In this document: one piece after another, positions 58,408-64,000 of the stretch
How positions within the stretch are numbered: position 1 is the first letter of the stretch
How the letters are laid out: the number at the start of each line of letters is the position of its first letter
DNA from: Macrostomum lignano
Lineage: Eukaryota
Length of the DNA stretch: 64,000 nt
Assembly (NCBI GenBank): GCA_002269645.1
Contig: NIVC01000305.1
Coordinates: forward strand, 434,001-498,000
Reading direction: 5' to 3'
Position numbers and translations under genes: made by a program
The notes under the pieces: model-generated
Told to the model about the DNA's origin: nothing
The model's database searches: none
What the model saw: the letters and a program-made list of their open reading frames with translations, nothing else

Positions 58408-59541
58408 CTTTCTCTAATTTTTGCACTGATAAAGATTTTAATTTTCAAAATAACAACACTTCTTAGCTTTTTTGTCTCGAAATCTCAAGAGAAAATCTTG
58501 ATTTTACTTTCACAATTATATGCGAAGAAGAAACCCTCGATTTCTGGCAAGAAAAGTTCTTTTTTCATGCCGCCCAATAGTTTGCTTCTTCCACGCTAAG
58601 TGAATAACAGAAATGAGTGAATAGCATTAGAGACAGCAAATTTTACATATTGTCAATCGTACAAGTGGCATCATTCTTATTTTTTTAATATGAGACCATT
58701 GTGTCTCTATGAGCTGGCTACGAGCGTATAGCTATTTCGATAAGTAGAACTTGAGTAAGAACTGTGAATGCTGAAAAAAACTTGCATTTAAAATGTCTGA
58801 AGCGAGGTTTCCGCAATAATAAAAATCGATTAGTGCTTAACAAGTACGAGTATAAGTAGCTAGAGCAAATTTGCTAAAAATATTGTGGAGCGCGGATTCA
58901 ATCGAAAAGCAACAACCAATAGCTAAGATTAATTCATTACGAGTATAAATCGTACGATTAGCAAAGTCAGAGTCAAGACTTTCCCCTATTTAGCGAAAGC
59001 AGCGGAAAAGTTGTAGGGAGCAAAAATATCCATTTACAAAAACAGGGAACAGTTTCTTGTTACTTGTTAGTTACTTGTAGTAAGCTACATAAACACAGCA
59101 ATTAAGAAAAGTTTATCGCATTCTACCAGTAGATACACTAATACATGTAATTGAAATATAATTAGTGTAGTTCATAATAAAACAAATTTAGATTTACGAA
59201 GTCAAATTTCCAACTTTCATTCAACATTCATGATTTCATTTCAATCGAAATTAACGAATCAACTTAGTCTAGTGTTCGGTTTGTTCTTTTTGACTCATTT
59301 AATTATTTAGCTAGCTATTGCTTATTATTCGTCAAAACGTAGGAAAGCTTGCCTTTTAAAATGTCGTTTTTAAGTGCTTTTCAAAGGAAAAAAGTTGTAA
59401 AACTCGAAATAGTCAGGGAACTAAAGGATTTCAGACCTACCTAAAATCGATTGAAAGTTTGAATTATACTTGAACAATAAAATCATACTAGCATGTGTAT
59501 GGCAAAATAATCCAGAAAGTCCTTGATTTTTAGTGTTGAGC

Positions 59542-61752
59542 TCATCCGAATCCCAAAGTGCACGAGAATACTTTTTTAACATAGGCAAGCGACAACGAAG
59601 TCTGCTTAGCAAAAACTTCGAAGATACCATTGATTTGCTTCGCCATTGTTTGGGCGCTGGAGACAACAGTGCAATAGCATTTCTGCACATTTGATTTAAC
59701 CTGCTCCACTAGTCCGCCGACGAGAACAGCGAAGTCGAACTGATTCAGATATCTAAGAAGAGCGGGCAAAACATTTACACTGACGCTTGTGCATAGTGTC
59801 CTAGTAGATGATGCACCAATGCAGAACCTCCAGGCAACTAATTGCGATACGGAAGAAATCAACAGCTTAAACCACTCCGTTTTGGAAGTATTCTTACTTG
59901 ATGCCAAACGATACGTATCGAAGAGAATCAGAGCTACTACGATAGCAAGGCCAATCTGATCGACAGTAGAAAGGCTAGAAAACTTTTTCATCAACGACTC
60001 AACAACTTTAGAGTTTTGTCCAGTCAAGCCAGACAACTGTTCCAAAAGCGGCTTAATATGCGATGCAACAACTTCATGCAAGCCAGGCAACTGTTCCAAA
60101 AGCGGCTTAATAGGCGATGCAACAGCTTCATGCAAGCGTGACAACTGTTCTGAAAGCGGCTTAAAATGCGATGCAACAGCTTCATGCAAGCCAGGCAACT
60201 GTTCCAAAAGCGGCTTAATAGGCGATGCAACAACTTCATGCAAGCCAGACAACTGTTCTGAAAGCGGCTTAATAGGCGATGCAACAACTTCATGCAAGCG
60301 TGACAACTGTTCCAAAAGCGGCTTAATAGGCGATGCAACAACTTCATGCAAGCCAGACAACTGTTCCGAAAGCGGCTTAATAGGCGATGCAACAACTTCA
60401 TGCAAGCCAGACAACTGTTCCAAAAGCGGCTTAATAGGCGATGCAACAACTTCATGCAAGCGTGACAACTGTTCCAAAAGCGGCTTAATAGGCGATGCAA
60501 CAACTTCATGCAAGCGTGACAACTGTTCCAAAAGCGGCTTAATAGGCGATGCAACAACTTCATGCAAGCGTGACAACTGTTCCAAAAGCGGCTTAATAGG
60601 CGATGCAACAACTTCATGCAAGCCAGACAACTGTTCCAAAAGCGGCTTAATAGGCGATGCAACAACTTCATGCACCAACTGCTGTGTGGACCGTTGATAT
60701 TGACTGGTAGCGTGTTTGACAATGTTGTTAAACGAAACACAGACTTTAGTTAATTCTCGTCGCAAAAGCAATTCCGCAAGTTTAAAAAATAATTTGTGAT
60801 TGTCCAACAAATATTCAAGACCCATATGAAACTTTATTGACTGAATCGATTTCAAAGCTTGAGTCGATCTATGTTTAATCGTCTCTGCAATGCTGGCAGT
60901 ACATTTCAAAAGTGCGGGAGCAACTTTAGCTAATTGAAAACTCCAGAATTCGATTTGCGGACTCCTTGGTTCACCGTAAATTAAATAATAAACAAAGTTC
61001 TCGCAGTTGTTTGTACAAAGACAGTAATTTGTTTCTCCTTCCCGAGCTTTGAACCTTTCATCAACTTCACTCGGGTTGATCGGATTTTTGTGCTCAACCT
61101 TCATTAGCTGATTTGGGCCACTCACTCGAAGGAACACCTTTACCTTATTGACTCTCGGCGATGCACATTCTGCTGGGTTCTCAAACGTAACGCCAACTCC
61201 TTTCCGAGAGTCGCTGTCCCACTCGGTCAGTACAAAATGGACTTTAGAAGTTTCACCTTTCACGCCTGTTCGCTCAAGGATGATGTGATCGTATCTCTTT
61301 AGATTGCGAATTTCTTCCATACATATACATGTATTTTCAACCTTTTGCTGATTTTGCTTGATCTCACCAGGACTGGTTGGGAATAGACAAGCGACATTTT
61401 CAAGTTCCTGGTCACTAATTGCATTAGTCTTCAGAAAATAGCAGAAGTCGGAGCTCTGTACCTTAAACTTGCTGTCGTCTAAGAATGAAGCTAGCGAACC
61501 ATTTACGTCGGCATTGGCTTCTAGAAATGTATAGCCCAACAACGTTTCGACTGAGGAGTCTATTGGGTTTTCGCAAGTCTGTTCTGTGTCCGACAACGTT
61601 TCGACTGAGGAGTCTATTGGGTTTTCGCAAGTCTGTTCTGTGTCCGACAACGTTTCGACTGAGGAGTCTATTGGGTTTTCGCAATTCGTTCCTGGGTACT
61701 CCACTCTCTGAACTTTTTCACGGGCGGAAAGATCCAATGACTCTTTTCTCAC
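59542..61752 (-). CDS. LRAT/PLAAT (NlpC/P60-type) domain protein with internal 18-aa repeats and a hydrophobic C-terminus; true start unresolved
   Basis: YDHI...VHF...GETNYCLCTNNCENFV matches the LRAT-family H...NNCEHF signature. The ORF is listed from a GTG and stays open about 70 codons upstream without an ATG, so an upstream exon is likely. Confidence 0.7.
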   Translation of the reverse strand: MRKESLDLSAREKVQRVEYPGTNCENPIDSSVETLSDTEQTCENPIDSSVETLSDTEQTCENPIDSSVETLLGYTFLEANADVNGSLASFLDDSKFKVQSSDFCYFLKTNAISDQELENVACLFPTSPGEIKQNQQKVENTCICMEEIRNLKRYDHIILERTGVKGETSKVHFVLTEWDSDSRKGVGVTFENPAECASPRVNKVKVFLRVSGPNQLMKVEHKNPINPSEVDERFKAREGETNYCLCTNNCENFVYYLIYGEPRSPQIEFWSFQLAKVAPALLKCTASIAETIKHRSTQALKSIQSIKFHMGLEYLLDNHKLFFKLAELLLRRELTKVCVSFNNIVKHATSQYQRSTQQLVHEVVASPIKPLLEQLSGLHEVVASPIKPLLEQLSRLHEVVASPIKPLLEQLSRLHEVVASPIKPLLEQLSRLHEVVASPIKPLLEQLSGLHEVVASPIKPLSEQLSGLHEVVASPIKPLLEQLSRLHEVVASPIKPLSEQLSGLHEVVASPIKPLLEQLPGLHEAVASHFKPLSEQLSRLHEAVASPIKPLLEQLPGLHEVVASHIKPLLEQLSGLTGQNSKVVESLMKKFSSLSTVDQIGLAIVVALILFDTYRLASSKNTSKTEWFKLLISSVSQLVAWRFCIGASSTRTLCTSVSVNVLPALLRYLNQFDFAVLVGGLVEQVKSNVQKCYCTVVSSAQTMAKQINGIFEVFAKQTSLSLAYVKKVFSCTLGFG
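60025..60674 (-). repeat. Coding 54-bp tandem repeat, 12 copies (LHEVVASPIKPLLEQLSG/R)
   Basis: Period 54 (60303, 60357); 12 units counted in the translation. Confidence 0.95.
61539..61684 (-). repeat. Coding 54-bp tandem repeat, about 2.7 copies (TCENPIDSSVETLSDTEQ)
   Basis: Period 54 (61561, 61615). Confidence 0.9.
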
Positions 61753-64000
61753 TGTCTTATGCTGGTGATTGTACTCGTAAATTGTAGCCTGCAGGATATC
61801 ACTTCTTTTAGATAGAACGCGGCTGTCTCGAAGAAACGCTTCGTGATAGTATGGTAGTATTTTCAGAAACGATATGTGACAAGGACAGGCGTCGTTCAGT
61901 TCTTTCGCAGAACGTATCGCAACTCGATTGCTGGCATCCTGGCATTTGGGCGGGAATGTTGCGTGACATTATTCAGAAGAAAAAATTATAGTTTTTCGAT
62001 AACATAAAAAACTCTGTTTTTACACTAAAATGCACATAAAATGTTTATAGTGCATTGCAGGGTTAATGAATTGATTCTTGATGACTTGAAAGCGCAATAG
62101 CTAGAAAGTTCTGGATTATCTTTGGTGTTACGAGCGACTTAAAAAGAAATACAGTTCAACTGCCTACACTGATTCTTGTGAGTTTCCACGCGTCATCACC
62201 TTGAAACAGATCGACGATAAAATTTCGAGAAATATCTGAAATAAGCTTGAATTTAGCCCCACTTGTAAGAGTTTAAAGTGGGGCATTTGCAGCAAATTGT
62301 CTTTTTTTCGAGTCGCCTGTTATATTCTATAAAATATAGTTTAAAAAAATGAAAATAAGCATTGCAATAGTCTTCTGAAAAGCAATTCAAAATAGCATTC
62401 CTAGATAACTCACCATGTTTGCACAGCACCTGACACCATGGGGCTGTTTTTCAGCGTCTTCAAATGCTCGAAATTGCTTTTCTATTAGCTATTTCAAGTC
62501 TTTTCGAATTGTAAGCTACTCGTAGTTGAATTTGTTCGCCTAATGCTAAGTGGATGCTAGCTAGCCGTCTAGAGGCACTACTCTAGTAAAGCATCTTATA
62601 GACTGTCAGATATTGTGTTTGCTTTGGTTTCTCAGCCTTGGAAACCGCAAAAAAACAGTCTGCGCTGCTATTTTGCCCGGGGCAGTAGGCAGAATTGTTG
62701 ATGAGAGCGTAAAATTGCTGCATATCAAAATACAAGCTATTGTACAGCTGTGATGGCGTAGAATTCAACTCTGTACAACAATTTAGAAACAGTCTGCATA
62801 TTTGCTAGACCTTCTCATTAGGGGCGCACTCGGGGGGGGGGGGCAGCCTCTTCGTTGCGCTGGGCCCTGAAGATTTTTTATGCGAGGCTTGGGTGCGGAG
62901 AGGAGCCAAAAATTCCGTTGCCTATTTTTGTTTTTCTTGTTCATTTGTTATCAACGTCAAACCACTGGCCCACCCCCCTTAAGAAATTTCTGGGTGCGCC
63001 ACTGATTCAAATTCACTGTGTAGGCCAAGTACTCTTCTGGCACAAGTAAAGTCACTTTTCAGTCTCATATTAGGGGCATTTGTTTAAGGACTGTGCAAAA
63101 CTGCTTATAGACAAGCACTACACTGCTAAGGAGCCACCCAGAGGGGGGGGGCAAAATGGCTACCATATACTAAAATGAGTTTTCGGCATCTATGTGATCG
63201 ATTTCAGAACAAAAATGGCTCAACCGATTTTCTTCAAACTTGCACCATTCGATCAGAAATTTTCCCTTGACGGTACATGCGTCTTGAAATTGCTCAATGC
63301 TAAAGGGATTAAATATTCTAAAAAACATGCTTCTTTGCAAAGGTCAAGCGGACTTTTCGACCTTGGAACTGTATTGTTCGATAAATGTTATTATAAAATG
63401 TTTTTATGCTTTTATCGAAATTTTTCGTTACATATTAAACTTACACATAAAAGAGACATCATGTAAAACAAAAGAAGCGTCCCGTCGAACAGAAATGATT
63501 CTTTGGGGAATGCTAAGATGTGAAAGCTCAAGGAAAATATCCGAGATCAATACTCGGGAGGAACTCCTATGAATGTTCGTGACTACGAGTATTTGGGGAG
63601 AATGATAAGATATTAAGGCTTACGGGGTATTGCAAAGATGTCAAGGCTTACTGAAGAAATTGCTGAGATGTCGAGGCCTAATGGGGGGACTCGCTGAAAT
63701 GTCAAGACTTACAAGGGGGATTTTTGAGATTCGAAGGCTTACGGGGGAATTACTGAAATGTCAAGACTTATGGTATGGGGCGAAGGGTGCTGAGAGGTCA
63801 GAAGCTACATCTTAAAACAATTAAAAAGGTTGCTAAACCCAGTCAAATTCTCCGATTTTGATAAGCTGATAAAGAGTTCATGATTCAGCATAACGTAAAA
63901 TCGGTCTGGAAGCCAAATATGACAGGTTTTATTTTCCTGTTATCTTCTGCTTGCATGACAGAAAGACTATATTTATGAATCTGAGTCTCACAATTCAAAA

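Noticed and set aside
60024-60740. Second ORF (CMKLLHRLLSRFWNS repeats) on the same strand as the LRAT gene
   Set aside because: An alternative frame of the 54-bp repeat, confined to the repeat region.
62819-63004. hAT-like MITE ends (GGGGCGCAC...GGGTGCGCCACTG)
   Set aside because: The ends are suggestive, but no TSD was found and the arm match is short.

Overview
Eukaryotic, repeat-rich animal DNA with spliceosomal introns, SINEs, LINEs, Gypsy elements and large minisatellites. The style (GC/CTG-rich coding islands in AT-rich, satellite-laden DNA) suggests a free-living flatworm such as Macrostomum, which is inference only. The left 27 kb holds four single-coding-exon Cys-loop (nAChR-like) channel genes: A 4890-6221 (+), B 7432-8735 (-, one frameshift), C 11370-12695 (-) and D 24829-26157 (-). 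All keep the Cys-loop and the cation-type GEK/M2 pore but lack the canonical acetylcholine-binding residues. Their ligand-binding domains are strongly diverged while the TM1-TM3 DNA is almost identical, which makes them a candidate chemosensory receptor array homogenised by gene conversion. C and D lie in a tandem duplication whose C copy has gained several insertions, including a 2.2-kb solo-LTR-like element whose promoter motifs point at gene C. The right half encodes a divergent six-exon ACSL-like enzyme, a hypothetical protein, an intronless ACSF2-like enzyme, a CYB561D-type cytochrome b561, an intronless Methuselah/secretin-family GPCR and an LRAT/PLAAT-domain protein with twelve 18-aa repeats. 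Many nested transposons with identifiable target-site duplications are present, including a 49-bp element. All coordinates and counts were read by eye; no database searches were run.
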